DNA of 64,000 bases, from assembly GCF_016432865.1 (NCBI RefSeq), contig NC_067401.1:744001-808000 (forward strand). Direction: 5' to 3'. Both the position numbers and the translations under genes were made by a program. Under the pieces are notes generated by a model. It was not told where the DNA came from, did not search any database, and saw only the letters and a program-made list of their open reading frames with translations. Source of the DNA: Antechinus flavipes. Taxonomy: Eukaryota. Positions 36,131 through 48,662 of the stretch are shown here, one piece after another. The first letter of the stretch is position 1. Each line of letters begins with the position of its first letter.

Positions 36131-36831
36131 GCTCGCGGACGCTTTCTCTCCCTGGCTTTTTGTGAAGTCACAGCTTCTACAACAAAGAACCGATTCAGAA
36201 AACAGAAGCCTCGGCACCTGCCCCTCAGTATGACATGATGATGCCCAACGTTGGCTAGCCCTCTCCTCCCTTCACCAGAAGTCAAACCCACTGACTTCCT
36301 TTCAGCCTCACCTTTGGCACCAGGGAGCCAACAGAACCCAAGGTAGGATACCATAAACTCAAAGTACTACCATGCTCATACCTGTGTGCTCTCCCAAACA
36401 CACACTCACACACTCACACACTCTGACACACACATACACACACACAGAAGCCAGCACCAGCACACTCACACTCACACAGGTAGAGGTGTTTATGGACCAA
36501 TGGCCATCTCAAGGGCTATGTCACCATCCCCTAATGATTGGCTTCTGAGGGAAGCGGCCACAAACAACAACAGAGAAGAAGGACCGGTCTTCCCTTGGGC
36601 CATCCTCCTGGCAGGAGGGATATAAAAGCCCTCCAGGCTAGGGCACCTTCCCACGCAGCCCCACAGCTTCACTCACACTCATTCCCACACCCACACTCAC
36701 ATCCCCACACCCATACCCACAGGCACAGAAACAAGCCCCATCCCAGGGAGGCTCCAGCCCCTCCCTGCGTCAAGTTCTCGGCCCCTCGCTGACACCCGTT
36801 TCCCAGTCTTTGCTGCCCAAGACATCTCACC

Positions 36832-37617
36832 ATGGCAGACCCCTGTATTACCGGGCCCTGTGTGCCCACGGCCTCAGCCGGCTCGGTCTGCTCCAGTGAC
36901 GTGAGCCGCGGCAGCAACAGAGTCTGCTTGCCCAGTTCTTGCACCGGCTCTTCCTGGCAGCTGGACAACTGCCCAGAGAGCTGTTGTGACCCCAGCTGCT
37001 GCGGCCCCCCCTGCTGCCCAGCCCCATGCAGCACACCGGCCTCCTGCCTGGCCCTCATGTGTCGGCCAGTCTGCTGCGTACCCCCCACCTTCCAGGCAGC
37101 GTGTGAACCCGGCCCCTGCCAGGCTGTCTGCGCCTCCTCCTGCTCGCCATCCTGCTGCCAGCAGTCTTGCTGCCAGCCCACTGGCTGCGGGTCTTCCTGT
37201 TGCCAGCAGTCCTGCTGCCAAGCTCCTAGTTCCGCTGCCTCTCCCTGCACGGTGCAGTCGTCCTACTGCGTCCCCGTGTGCTGCAAGCCCAGCTGCTGCA
37301 TCTCCCTGCCCAGCTGCTCTGTGACCACATCCTGTTGCCCCGCCTCCTGCTGCTGCCCGTCCAGCTGCTGCCCCCCGGCCTCCTGCGTGTCCCTCATCTG
37401 CCGGCCAGTGTGCAGTCCAGCCTCCTGCTATGTGCCTGTCTCCTGCAAACCCCCTTACTGCGCACCCACGTCTTCCTCCTCTTCTTGCTGCACACCCTCC
37501 TGCTATCCAGCCACCACCTGCTGCCGCCCTGCCTCCTACGTGTCCCTCAGCTGCCGGCCCACCTGCTGCAAACCCATCTGCTGCGCTCCCAGCTGCGGCC
37601 AGAAATCTTGCTGTTGA
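36832..37617 (+). CDS. KRTAP10: Keratin-associated protein 10-like (copy B), 261 aa, Cys-eroded
   Basis: Intact ORF colinear with copy A; TATAAAA 36621-36627, AATAAA 38065-38070. Confidence 0.9.
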   Translation: MADPCITGPCVPTASAGSVCSSDVSRGSNRVCLPSSCTGSSWQLDNCPESCCDPSCCGPPCCPAPCSTPASCLALMCRPVCCVPPTFQAACEPGPCQAVCASSCSPSCCQQSCCQPTGCGSSCCQQSCCQAPSSAASPCTVQSSYCVPVCCKPSCCISLPSCSVTTSCCPASCCCPSSCCPPASCVSLICRPVCSPASCYVPVSCKPPYCAPTSSSSSCCTPSCYPATTCCRPASYVSLSCRPTCCKPICCAPSCGQKSCC

Positions 37618-37879
37618 CCACAGGGTGCTGCTCTCTGTCCCCCTGGCTGATGCCCTTTGTCTCTCCCCCACCCCGGGCCCGACTTCAGTGGGCCTCTTGG
37701 TTCCTTCCCTGGGCATCAGCTTCAGCATCTGACCAGCCACCCACCACCACCCTGCCTTGCAGAGACCGTACAGACACCAAGGCACAGCGAACAGCTCCGC
37801 CAGTGGAACCAATGCCAGGCCTCCTCCAAACCATGGCTGCCCCCAGCCTTAGCACCAGCTTCAGTGTGCACCCGGCCCC

Positions 37880-38022
37880 ACCGCTTGCAGCCCCCTGGCA
37901 GGCTCTCTCTCAGCTCATGCCCGCACCCAGCCCCACCGCTTGCAGCCCCCTGGCAGGCTCTCTCTAAGCTCATGCCTGCACCCGGGCCCACTGCTTGCAG
38001 CCCCTGGCAGACTCTCTCTAAA
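37880..38022 (+). repeat. 55-bp tandem repeat (about 3 units) in the KRTAP10-B 3'UTR
   Basis: CCGCTTGCAGCCCCCTGGCAGGCTCTCTCT at 37881 and 37936; third variant near 37990. Confidence 0.85.
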
Positions 38023-38349
38023 GTCAAAGTGCTCGGGGATGGCCCTGGCCACTGCCCTCCTGGTAATAAACGGCATCAACTCACTTTTCTGGTCTCTCAC
38101 TTGTCCTGTTTCCTTATCTAGGACCCAGCAGGGAAAGCGGGAGCTTCATACTGCACAAGGCAGCCTGCGGAGCCCACGAGGCCTCAGGAGTCAGTGCCCA
38201 AAGTGACCAGCATTCCATGTCAGGAGTCAGGCCCTGAAACATCCCACCCACACTCTGCCCACGGGCACTCCCATCCACCTGCCTTCCAGGCCATTATCCT
38301 ATTGCCTTAAAATCTTTCCCTGTGTCCACCATCACTACTTCCAATCACA

Positions 38350-39050
38350 CCAGTCAAAAGACCAGATGCCTCCCGCACACACATAGGGGAAAGGATTTAC
38401 ATGCACAATAATTTATACTAGCCCTTTTTATCGAACCAAAATACTGGAAATTGAGGAGATGTCCATCAATTGGAAAAGGATTGAACAAGTCTGATAAATG
38501 AATGTATGGGAATAGTATTTTACACTAAGAAATCTTAAACAGGAAGATTGCAGAAAACCAGGAAAGGCTTGTATAAACTGATACAAAATGAATAGAACCA
38601 GGAAAATATTGTACATGGTATTAGCAACATTGTATGGGGACCAGCTATAAATGACTTAGCTTTTCTCAGGAACACAATGATGCAAGACAAGTACAAGGGA
38701 TTCATTATGGAAAGTGCTATCCCTGACCATATAAAAAAGCTGATGGATTCTGAAAGGAGATTGATGTGTACTTTTTCACATCCTTTATTTCTTTCATGAT
38801 TTTTTTCTTTCTGATCTGCTGCTGCTTTTACAACTGTGACTAATATGAAAATACATTCTACATAATTGCACATATACAACCTATATCAAGTTGCCTACCA
38901 TTTTAGGAAGAAGAGAGCGGAAGGAGAGATTAAATTTTGGAACTCAAAATCTTGTACTTGGGGGGGGGGGATCTTGTAAATATATATACATAATTGACAT
39001 AATTGGTGGAAAATTAAATACTATAAAAAATGAAAAGGAATTTGCACCTT
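38350..39050 (+). mobile_element. Old L1 3' fragment
   Basis: gtccatcaattgg..aaactgatacaaaatgaatagaaccagg..; decayed 3'UTR. Confidence 0.75.
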
Positions 39051-40229
39051 AAAAAGATCTCTCTGTTTTGTGCCTAATATAAAAAGATGCCAGTAACAGT
39101 ATGATCTGGGATTTGTTCCACCTTCGCAAAGTAGGAACCATTCTAGTATGCCTTACAGACTTCGGAAGGCAGAGGTTGCCAGGATCAAGTTGGCAGATTT
39201 CTCTTTTCTCTAGAAAGGTATTAAGCTAGACATGTTGCTATGCCATATTTCAAACATGTCTAGTCTAGGGCAACAACCCTTTATTCTTATTGTTGTCCAG
39301 GAGGAAGATAACTCTCAGTTTATACTCACTGGCTTAGCACTTTCTCATCAAGTGCTATTTATAAAAAGGCCATTATCAATCTCCTCACCAAAGAAAGCAG
39401 CGAACAGTGATCAGAGCAATTATACCAATTAAAAGGAACTAAAGAATACATGAGAGTAAAAGAGTTCTTAAGCTTGGAATTAGGCAGAATCTGCTCTCAA
39501 TAGTCTTGACAGTTGTAGGCAATGGAAGTCAAGGGACCTGAGGCTTTCTCTATATGTCTGCAATTCTAAAAATAATCCACCATTTTAAAAGTACCCCTTC
39601 CTTGTCTCAACCAGTCTCAAGGTCCTCTCTAAAAGTATGTCCAATAATCTCTCTTACTCCTATGGTCAACATCTTTCCCAGCAATTACAACTTCCTCTGG
39701 TCACCCAGTATGACCACAAGATTGTTGCTCACCTTGCCAGTGGATATTATAGAACTGTTTACTAGCAATCTGGAGCATAAAAGAATGTAATAGATGATTG
39801 GGGACTATGGGACTATGACTCTAATGTCCATCTAAACTAGGCTTTAAGGCAACACTGGACTTTAGAGAGGTAGAAGTTTGTAATACTATCACAGGAAGGG
39901 GAATCCCATAAGGAAAGTTGGAGAAAAAGCAAAGAGATCAGGTATTCTACTGATGGTCAGCTGGTATGCTAGAGATCAGGGTGGATATAAGGAAGTATGG
40001 ATCATAGACTAAGAGTTAGAAGGTATCAAATTAAGGTAGTGTAACCTGGAGTTCTCATTTCACAGATGTGAAAAATAAAATCCAATGAGATCAAATGTCT
40101 TACACAGAATGAAATAGAGCAAATGGGATTTATGAAGAACTGATTCAAATTTAGAAGAAGAGCCATTCCCCCGCTGATTATGAACAGTTAGCTCTCAAGG
40201 GAAGAACCCAAGCTATATGTAGCCAATTT

Positions 40230-41040
40230 TTTTTTTAAATGCTCCAAATCACTAATTATTAGGAAACTGAAAGCAACTCCGAGGTTCTTCAGTTTTGGTA
40301 GAGATTACAAAGAAAGGACAATTACAATTGTTGGTGGGAAACAGGCCCACTGATACCAGATTTGGTGGAGCTGTATAATGGGGAACTATGCCCCAAAGGT
40401 ATTAAAATGTGCATGCTCTGTGACCTAGGGATATCACTATTAGGCCTATACCACAAAGAGATCAAACAAAGAGGAAAGGGTTCTATTTCTATAAAAATAT
40501 TTCTAGTAGTTTTTTTTTTTTTTTGTGGCAGCAAAGAATTGGGAATTAAGGAGGTGCTTCAGCTTGTGGTATAGGATGTGATTGAATACCATTGTGCTGT
40601 AAAACACAGAGAAAGACAGTTTCACAAAAACCTAAGACTACTGCTTTGAAGTGATACAGAGGGAGATGACTAGAAACAGGATACTGTTTTACAGTATCAA
40701 TACTGTAAATAAAAACAATTAAGATATAAGAACTCTGATTAACTAAATGAGCAAACATAGTCCCAGAGAGTTCATGATGAACATAGAGAGAATGAACTAA
40801 AATGAAGCATGACAAACATATTTTGAATCTGATAAATTTGGGAATTTGTTTGGTTTGGGCATAATTATATGGTATAAGGGTTTTTCTTTCCTTTTCTTTC
40901 TCTTTCTCATGGGCAAGAAGGAAGGAAGAGGGAAAGAAAAAATAAACATCTGATCATGGAAAAAACAAACAAAATGAAGAAGTTGGACTGTTTAAAAAAA
41001 AGAGGATAAGGGTCAGTTTGAGAGGGAATTAGTGATATGT
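40230..41040 (+). mobile_element. Old L1 3' fragment
   Basis: gctccaaatcactaattattagg..caattgttggtggg..ccacaaagagatcaaac... Confidence 0.75.
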
Positions 41041-41440
41041 TAAAATCATAGGCATTAGATGTGCCTTTAGATTCTTTTAGATTACAGGGACTTCGTTTTT
41101 TTAAAAAAATAGTCCACCCATTTCTTACAAGCAGTATACAAATATGTTGTATGGATACAAGATATCCCTTTCCCCAGGAAATGAAGGCTGAGAGATGGAG
41201 GCACAAATTATGCTTAAGAGTCAGTGCAGTATCTGAGTCAACTCTCATAGGAAGTTATACAGCAGGGTCATAAGATATTGGGAGGGAACATGGAGAAAAC
41301 ACCAAGGAAGAAGGAAAGCCACTCTGTAGATGGGTCATTCTCTAGAGGAGTATAAAAGCCTTGGGCAGAGGAGAAGGAGCACTTCAAACCCATCCCTCCT
41401 CCTCTCCTCCTCTCCTGAAATATCCATCCACTCACCCACC

Positions 41441-41905
41441 ATGTGCCACACCAGCTGCTCCACTGGCTGCCAGCCCACCTGCTCCATGCCCATGTGCTGC
41501 AAGCCCGTCTGCTGTGTCCGTCCTTGCTGCCGCCCAGCCTCCTGTGTGGCCCTGCTGTGCCGCCCAGCTTGCCCTGTGGTGACTAGCTGTCAGGCAGTCT
41601 GTGGAGCTGGCAGCTGCTCCCCCTCCTGCTGTGTGTCCAGCCCCTGCCAGTCCAGCTGCTGCCAGGCCAGTCCCTGCAGCCCCTCTTGCTGTGTGTCCAG
41701 CCCCTGTCAATCCAGCTGCTGTGTATCCAGCCCCTGCCAGTCTGCCTGCTGCGTGCCTGTCTGCTGCAAACCTGCTGTGTGCATACCTGTCTGCTGCAAA
41801 CCGGTGACCTGTGGGCTCCCCTCCTGCCAGGTCTCCTGCTGCCAACCAGTTTCCTATACAACCTTGGTCTGCAGACCCACCTGTGCCCCCTCCTGCTGCT
41901 GCTGA
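41441..41905 (+). CDS. KRTAP12: Keratin-associated protein 12-like #6, 154 aa
   Basis: CCACCATG; TATAAAA 41351-41357, AATAAA 42230-42235; flanks paralogous to gene #5. Confidence 0.92.
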   Translation: MCHTSCSTGCQPTCSMPMCCKPVCCVRPCCRPASCVALLCRPACPVVTSCQAVCGAGSCSPSCCVSSPCQSSCCQASPCSPSCCVSSPCQSSCCVSSPCQSACCVPVCCKPAVCIPVCCKPVTCGLPSCQVSCCQPVSYTTLVCRPTCAPSCCC

Positions 41906-44010
41906 ACAGGAATGAATGCTCTAAGCCATCCACACAGAGTCCAGATGAGACTGGAACCCCTGACCTGGGTCTTTGTAGCCACAGCTCTGCAGATCCCTTA
42001 GAACTCTGTAAGCTTTCCCTGGAGACACAAAGCAGGGCTATTGATCCAGTCAACAGGAGCTTCCATTTCCCCCATCCCCTCTGTGACCCACAAAATAAAG
42101 ATCCTCAAGGCAGATACTTTGGCTCTGCTCATTGTCCACTTCGCCTGAGGGTAGATCTTCTCTCAAAAGGCCGTCCCATTGGATATTTGCTGTTGGAATC
42201 AGCCTTGGTCACAGAAGCAAGGTTGAACTAATAAATCAATGGGATCTGCCATATGTCTACTTCTCATTCTTTTCTTTCACTTCTATAAGTTCTAAAGTTC
42301 TTTACTTTTTAGTTTTTCTCTTCACATGCTGCCATTGTGGGTCCTAGAGGGAAAGCACATAATGGAAGCAAAGTACTCTAGGTGTACTCCAAGAGTTCCA
42401 TGTTTTCTTCCATTATTGAGTAGGGCAAGAACTGGGTGGAAGGCACTGTCATCTTAAAGAGCTACTATTCATGGATCACTGGGGTCGGCTTTGTCAATCC
42501 AATTCTGAGGTTTTTTCTGGGCATTCAAAAGAGATGTATCACTCTAGCAGGTGATTTTCTTGAAACTTATAGGAAGATAATTATGGAAAACCTCAACCCT
42601 CAATACTCTCCACTTAAGGACAGTTCTCCTCCCTATCATAAGATACAAAAACTGATAACATCCTAAAAAATATGTGACTGCTTTTAATATATCTCTTCTA
42701 AATTTTTTTTTATTTCATTGGAATGCACTCTAAATCTCTTTCCACAAAAAACTTCTATATTACCCCCAGATGAGGAAGTATTAATGTGGTCAAAAGATAT
42801 ATGATCAATCAATACACAAGCATTTATTGAGCTCCACTTATGGGCCTATACTAAGCATAAAACAAAAACAAAAAGTGGTTCAGTAATCCCTGACTTAGGG
42901 AACTTCCATTTTATCAACAAAGACAATATATGTAAACATACACAAAATTAATGCAAGGTGAAATCTGGCATTAATAACTAGGAGGAGTTAAATTTTAAAG
43001 TACATCAGGGTGGGGGAAGCCACAATGACAAAGTAGAAACCGTAACTCAGCCAAATTCTTTCAATATTTCCCTCCAAACAACTTTAAAATAGCCCTCAGA
43101 TAAAATTTTGCAGTGGCAGAGCCAACAAAAGGTCAAAGTGATACATTTTCCTGATCAAGACGATTTAGGGTTGTCAACAAAAGCGCTATGCCATACAAGA
43201 GCAGGGGCTGACCCAGAAAGCCAGCTGAGGCAGCACTGGTAATGGGCCTCAGAATTTAGCAGCAGCAGCAAGTTTAGAAACAGTAAGAGAGTAGGACAAT
43301 CGGTAAGAAAGAGATTACAGGGGACCCTTTCCTGGCACTGGGTGCAGCTGGCATTGACTGGCCACAGCTATGGGTTATAGTTCTGGGGTAGAGGGAAATG
43401 CCCAAGGTCAGTCACAGGGGAGCAGAGGAACAGGTCCCAGTTACAAGGCAAAAAAAAAAAAAAAACATTACTTCTTATGGCTACAGGAGAGCAGAAGTCC
43501 TGGTCACAGAACCAGGAAGAACAGGGACACCAGCACTTGTGGCTGTAGAAGAGCAGTGGTCTTTCCTGGATAAAAAGCAGACTATAGACCAGGAGTGAGC
43601 ACACCATTTCCCAAATCACATCACCTTGAAAGCACTGAAAATTTGTATACTCTGGAACTACTTCTGAAAACAGCAACATGAAAAAGCCTGAAGCTTGGGA
43701 CAGTGCCTTCCTAACCCCCAGCTAAGCAGAGCCCAACTTTAACATCAAGTTCAAAGTCAAGAAATAGACTGGGAAAATGAGCAAACAACAACAATAAAAA
43801 AGATTTTGACCATAAAAAGGTACTGCAGTGGCAGTGAAGAGCGAGTCAGAAACCCCCAAAATTGGGAAGAAAAATAAGAGAGATGCAAGACAATTATGAA
43901 AAGAGAATGAACAGCTTGGTAAACGAGGGACAAAAAATACACCTTCAAAAATAGAATTGGCCTAATGTTTTTTTAAAAAGCACAAAAATTCACTCAAGAA
44001 AATTCCTTTA

Positions 44011-44697
44011 GGAAAGGGACCTGTATGTGCCAAAATGTTTGTAGCAGCCTGTTTGTAGTGGCTAGAAACTGGAAAATGAATGGATGCCCATCAATTGGAG
44101 AATGGCTGGGTAAATTGTGGTATATGAATGTTATGGAATATTATTGCTCTGTAAGGAATGACCAGCAGGATGAATACAGAGAGGCTTGGAGAGACCTACA
44201 TGGACTGATGCTAAGTGAGATGAGCAGAACCAGGAGATCATTATACACTTCGACAACGATATTGTATGAGGATGTATTCTGATGGAAGTGGATTTCTATG
44301 ACAAAGAGACCTAACTGAGTTTCAATGGATAAATGATGGACAGAAACAGCTACACCCAAAGAAGGAACACTGGGAAACGAATGTGAACTATTTGCATTTT
44401 TGATTTTCTTCCCTAGTTATTTTTACCTTCTGAATCCAATTCTCCCTGTGCAACAGGAGAACTGTTCAGTTTTGCAAATATGTATTGTATCTAGGATATA
44501 CTGCAACATATTTAACATATATAGGACTGCTTGCCATCTTGGGGGGTGGTGGAGGGAGGGAGTAGAAAAAACAAAACATAAGCAAGTGCAAGGGATAATC
44601 TTGTAAAAAATTACCCTGGCATGGATTCTGTCAATACAAAGTTATTATTAAATAAAATAAAATTTAAATTTAAAAAAAAAGAAAAGAAAAGAAAAAA
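44011..44697 (+). mobile_element. 5'-truncated younger L1 with A-tail
   Basis: 15-bp TSD AAGAAAATTCCTTTA at 43996-44010 and 44698-44712. Confidence 0.92.
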
Positions 44698-45229
44698 AAG
44701 AAAATTCCTTTAAAAACAGAATCGGCCAAATAGAAAAAAAAAAAAAAAGGTACAAATACTGAGTGAATAAAATAATTCTATAAAAAATTGGAATTGGGCA
44801 AATGAAAGCTAATGACTTCCCTAAGATAACAAGAAACAATAAAACAAAGTCAAAAGAATAAAAAAATAGAATATGTGAATTATCTCATCGAGAAAAACAA
44901 CTGTTCTGGAAAGTAGATCAGAGAGAAATAATTTAAGAATTATTGAACTAATCCTTAAAGGAATATTGACCAAAAAAGTCTAGACATCATATTACAAGAA
45001 ATTTTCAAAAAAAAAGAAAACCTACCCAATATTTATATCCAAGGCCAAAACAAAAATTGAAAAAAATCCACCAATCAACTCCTGAAAGAAATTCCTAAAT
45101 AAAAATTTCCAGGGATATCATAGACAAATTTCAGAACTTCCTGGTCAAGGAGAAGATATTTCAAGCAGCTAGTAAGAATCAATTCAGATATTGTAGTGAC
45201 CATCAGGATCACACAAGATTTAGTACTTT

Positions 45230-45363
45230 GAGGGCAGCTAGGTAGTGCAGCAGATAGAGAACCAGCTCTGAAGTCAGGAGGTCCTGAGTTCAAATCTGGC
45301 CTCAGACACTTAACACTTCCTAACTCTGTGACTCTGGGCAAGTCCCTTAACCCCAATTGCTTT

Positions 45364-45393
<30 letters not shown>
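45230..45393 (+). mobile_element. Full-length WSINE1-like CORE-SINE with long poly-A
   Basis: gggcagctaggtagtgcagcagatagag..gagttcaaatctggcctcagacactt..; TSD AAGATTTA(G/A)TACTTT 45215-45229 and 45394-45408. Confidence 0.9.
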
Positions 45394-45397
<4 letters not shown>

Positions 45398-45616
45398 TTT
45401 AATACTTTCCATGTTAAAGAATTGGAGGGCTTGGAATATAATATTCCAGAAGACAAAGGAGCTAGGTTTACAACCAAGAATAATCTACTCAGCAAAACAA
45501 TATAATCCTTCATGAGAGAAAAATATGGATAGTTAGTGAAAAAGAGGGCTTTCAAGCTTTCCTGATGAAAAGACCTGAGTTGAATAGAAAAGTTTACCTT
45601 CAAACACAAGACTCAA

Positions 45617-46225
45617 TTGTCATTCATTTTTTAATCATGTCCAACTCTTTTTTTTTTAAGAGGACAATTTAATAATTTATTAAATGGAGAGGTATATTGG
45701 GACCAAATGGATCCATGGTTGATCCCAGGACTGAATGAGACTATCATCTCAAAGAATCCCGCACTGAGTATTAGACAGGAAGATTTTTTATAGGATGACA
45801 AGAACAATGACATAATGGGGGAGGTACCAGGATGGGGATAACCTAATGGGGGGGAGGCACCTAGGATGACACAATGGAGGGAGGTACTGGAGGGGTTACT
45901 GATATTCTAATAATGTCTAAAATGGATAGACCTTTATCCTGTCAAACATTAAGAAGGAATGATTGTAGCCTAAAGATATAAAACCTTTATCTCATCAAAC
46001 ATTAAGAGGGAACCTGAGGCAGAGTAACTAAATAGGACAATTGGAAAAACTGGGTCAGATGTCCAATTCTTTGTGACCCGGTTTGGAGTTTTCTCAGTAA
46101 TTACATTGAAGTGATTTGCCATTTCCTTCCTTAGCTCATTTTGTAGGTGAAATTAAAACAAACAAGGTTAAGTGACTTGCCCACAGTCACATGGCTGGTA
46201 AATATCTGAAACCAGATTTAAACAA
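45617..46225 (-). mobile_element. Mar1-type SINE split by the LTR retrocopy
   Basis: 45617-45650 plus 46073-46225 join into catgtccaactctttgtgaccc..gatttgccatttccttc..aagtgacttgccc... Confidence 0.7.
45651..46058 (-). mobile_element. Polyadenylated ERV LTR U3-R fragment inserted with a 14-bp TSD
   Basis: On minus: TATAAAA (about 45786-45792), AATAAA 45676-45681, A10 at 45648-45657; TSD ATGTCCAA(C/T)TCTTT 45637-45650 and 46059-46072. Confidence 0.72.
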
Positions 46226-46239
46226 CCCAATTACCACAA

Positions 46240-47700
46240 GACTGTAAAACGTTAAACATGAAAAATAAATCATAAGGAACTCAATAAAATCAAACTCTTT
46301 GCATTCCTATATGGGAAGGTGATACATGGAAAAGGATCTATATGTCCAAAAATACTTGTTGTAGTGGCAAAGAATTGGACATTGAAGGGATGCTCATTAA
46401 TTTGAGAATGGCAAGTTGTGGCATATGATTGTGATAGAATACTAAAAGAAATGATGTGGCATTGTACACAATAATAGTAGCATTTTAAAGGATGATAACT
46501 ATGGAAAACTTGAATATTCTGATCAATACAGTGATGAACTCATGATGAAAAATTCTGCCCACCTCCAGAGGGAGAGAACTAATACTCAGTGCAAACTGAT
46601 GTGAGATTTTTTTCACTATATTTTATTCACTTTTTTTGGAAATGTAGCTAATATGAATAAACTTTCCATGATTTTACATGAATAAATCATTTTGCCTTTT
46701 CAGTGGGTAGGGGAAGGGATGGGAGGGAAGAAGAGAATTTGGACCTCAAAGTATTAAAATAAATTAATAAATTGGGATTTTTAAAATATAGTTATATGAA
46801 AAAAATTGATCTAAGTCATTATTGATTAAAGAAATCCAAATTAAACCACCTCTGAGGGGCCACCTCACACCTATAGGAAATGACAAATGCTGAAGGGATG
46901 AAAGAAAATAGGTACACAAAACTCTTAGTAGAATTATGACCTGGTCCAGTCTTTTTGGAGAACAATTTGGAACTATGCCAGAAGAGCTATAAAACTGTGT
47001 TTATCCTTTGATGTTTATCCTTTGACCTAGCAATACCATTTCTAGAGCTATATACCAAAGAGATCAAATTAAAAAGGAAAAAAGTGTCTGAAACCAGATT
47101 TGAACCCAGAGAGTTTTCCTAACTCGAGAAACAGTACTTTTAGTCTTTCACCTAATTGCCCAAAAGAGAAGTTGAACACGTGCTAAAAGATGCTGTAGAC
47201 AATGAAGTAATACAAAAAAATTTACAGCAATTTTCTCTGATAAAGATTTTTCTCAAATATATACTGAGTATAAAATTGAGTCAAATTTATGGAAAAAAAA
47301 ATAGGAGCCACTCCCCAAATGATAAATGGTCATAAACAGGCAGTTTTCAGAAGAAATCAAAGCTATTTATAGTGATATAAAAGTGATCTAAATCACTATA
47401 GATTAGAGAAAGGCAAATTAAAACAATTTTGAGATACCACCTCACCCTTATCAGAAATGATAAATGCTGGGGGGAAAAATAGGTATACTAATGAAATGTT
47501 GGTGGAGTAGTGAACTGGTCCAATCATTCTGGGGAACAATTTGAAACTAGGCCCAAAGGTCTATTAACCTGGACATACCTTTTAGTCCAGAATATCACTG
47601 CTAGTAGGTGGAAGAGGGGTGGGAAGGAGGAAGAATCTGGAACTCAAAAATTATTTAAATAATGCTTTCTTTAAAAAAAAATTATAAATTCCCAATTTTT
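46240..47700 (+). mobile_element. Several old L1 fragments
   Basis: Repeated ORF2-end motifs (ggagaacaatttggaactatgcc; gataccacctcaccc..atcaga). Confidence 0.75.
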
Positions 47701-48245
47701 TAAAACAAGAAATCAGGGATTCTAAGAGGAGATAAAAGGAAGAACATTCTTCAAATGGGGGACAAATAGCCTTTTTAAGGGATGTTTGGGTTTCTTTCAC
47801 TTCACACTTATTCCAAACCTCTTTTCTCCTCAAGTCTAGCATACTTTCCCCTCCTGCTTCTATCAGCCTAGGGCCTTCTCTCTCAAAATCTCTTCATTTA
47901 CCTTCCATATCTAATATAGAGATGGTTTCCTTTCCATCACCAACCTATCTCATAGAGAACTTCACATCCCTTCTTGTTTATTACTCTAACATATTGGATA
48001 TCCCTGATCTTCAACTTCTCTGCATATCTAATGAGACCTTCCCTGCTATGTTCACATATGTCTAACTCTCCCTATCCTTCCCCTCAAAAAAAAAAAAAAA
48101 ACCCTTCACTAGATTCTACAACCCCCATTGGACTCCTATACCTCTCCTTTCTTTCTTAGCCAAGTTCCTTGAAAAAGCCATCTACACTCACTTCTTCCAC
48201 TCTCTTTTCTTTCACTCATAAATCCTTTGCAGTTTGTCTTTCAAC

Positions 48246-48662
48246 TGTTAGAAAGACCCAAACTTAATCTCAAACTCTGTGATGTTTTGTTGAAAGAATG
48301 TGCAAGATTGAAGAAGCCTTCCATTCTCATGAGAAGGGGATACATCCCCCTGAGAAGTGGTGCCCTGTTGCAGAAGTCAGAGGAAGCTTTTTGGCCCCCT
48401 CCCATTTAATCTTTAACTGCCCAGAGAAACAGTTCCTGGAATCCCTAGGAATGCCCTGTTCCCAATCCTATTTGGATTATTGCTACCCCACCACCACCCA
48501 TGGAGAGAAGACACTCTGTATGAGCCTTGTTACACAAGCACAATAAAGCAGGATCATTGACCCTGACTGGTTTACGCCAGTTTCTAGCTAAGACCCCCTT
48601 ATAAGAATTCTGCAGTTTCTCCTCCTGAAAGCTCATTCATCAGAGATATTTATTATTTTACA
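48246..48662 (+). mobile_element. Probable solo LTR inserted in an L2 fragment (TSD not resolved)
   Basis: TGTTAG start, AATAAA near 48542, ..TTTTACA end; flanks look L2-like. Confidence 0.45.

Larger units (their letters stand above)
43090..45610 (+). mobile_element. Old L1 5'UTR/ORF1 relic interrupted by a younger L1 and a SINE
   Basis: Decayed ORF1-type A-rich sequence (gggaaaatgagcaaacaac..; gaaaaacaactg..tggaaagtagatc..aatttaagaattattgaact). Confidence 0.7.

Noticed and set aside
2241-41441. Similar KRTAP10-to-KRTAP12 spacing (4576 bp and 4609 bp) suggesting a duplicated two-gene block
   Set aside because: The intervening sequences and the KRTAP12 flanks do not align and carry different insertions; treated as coincidence.
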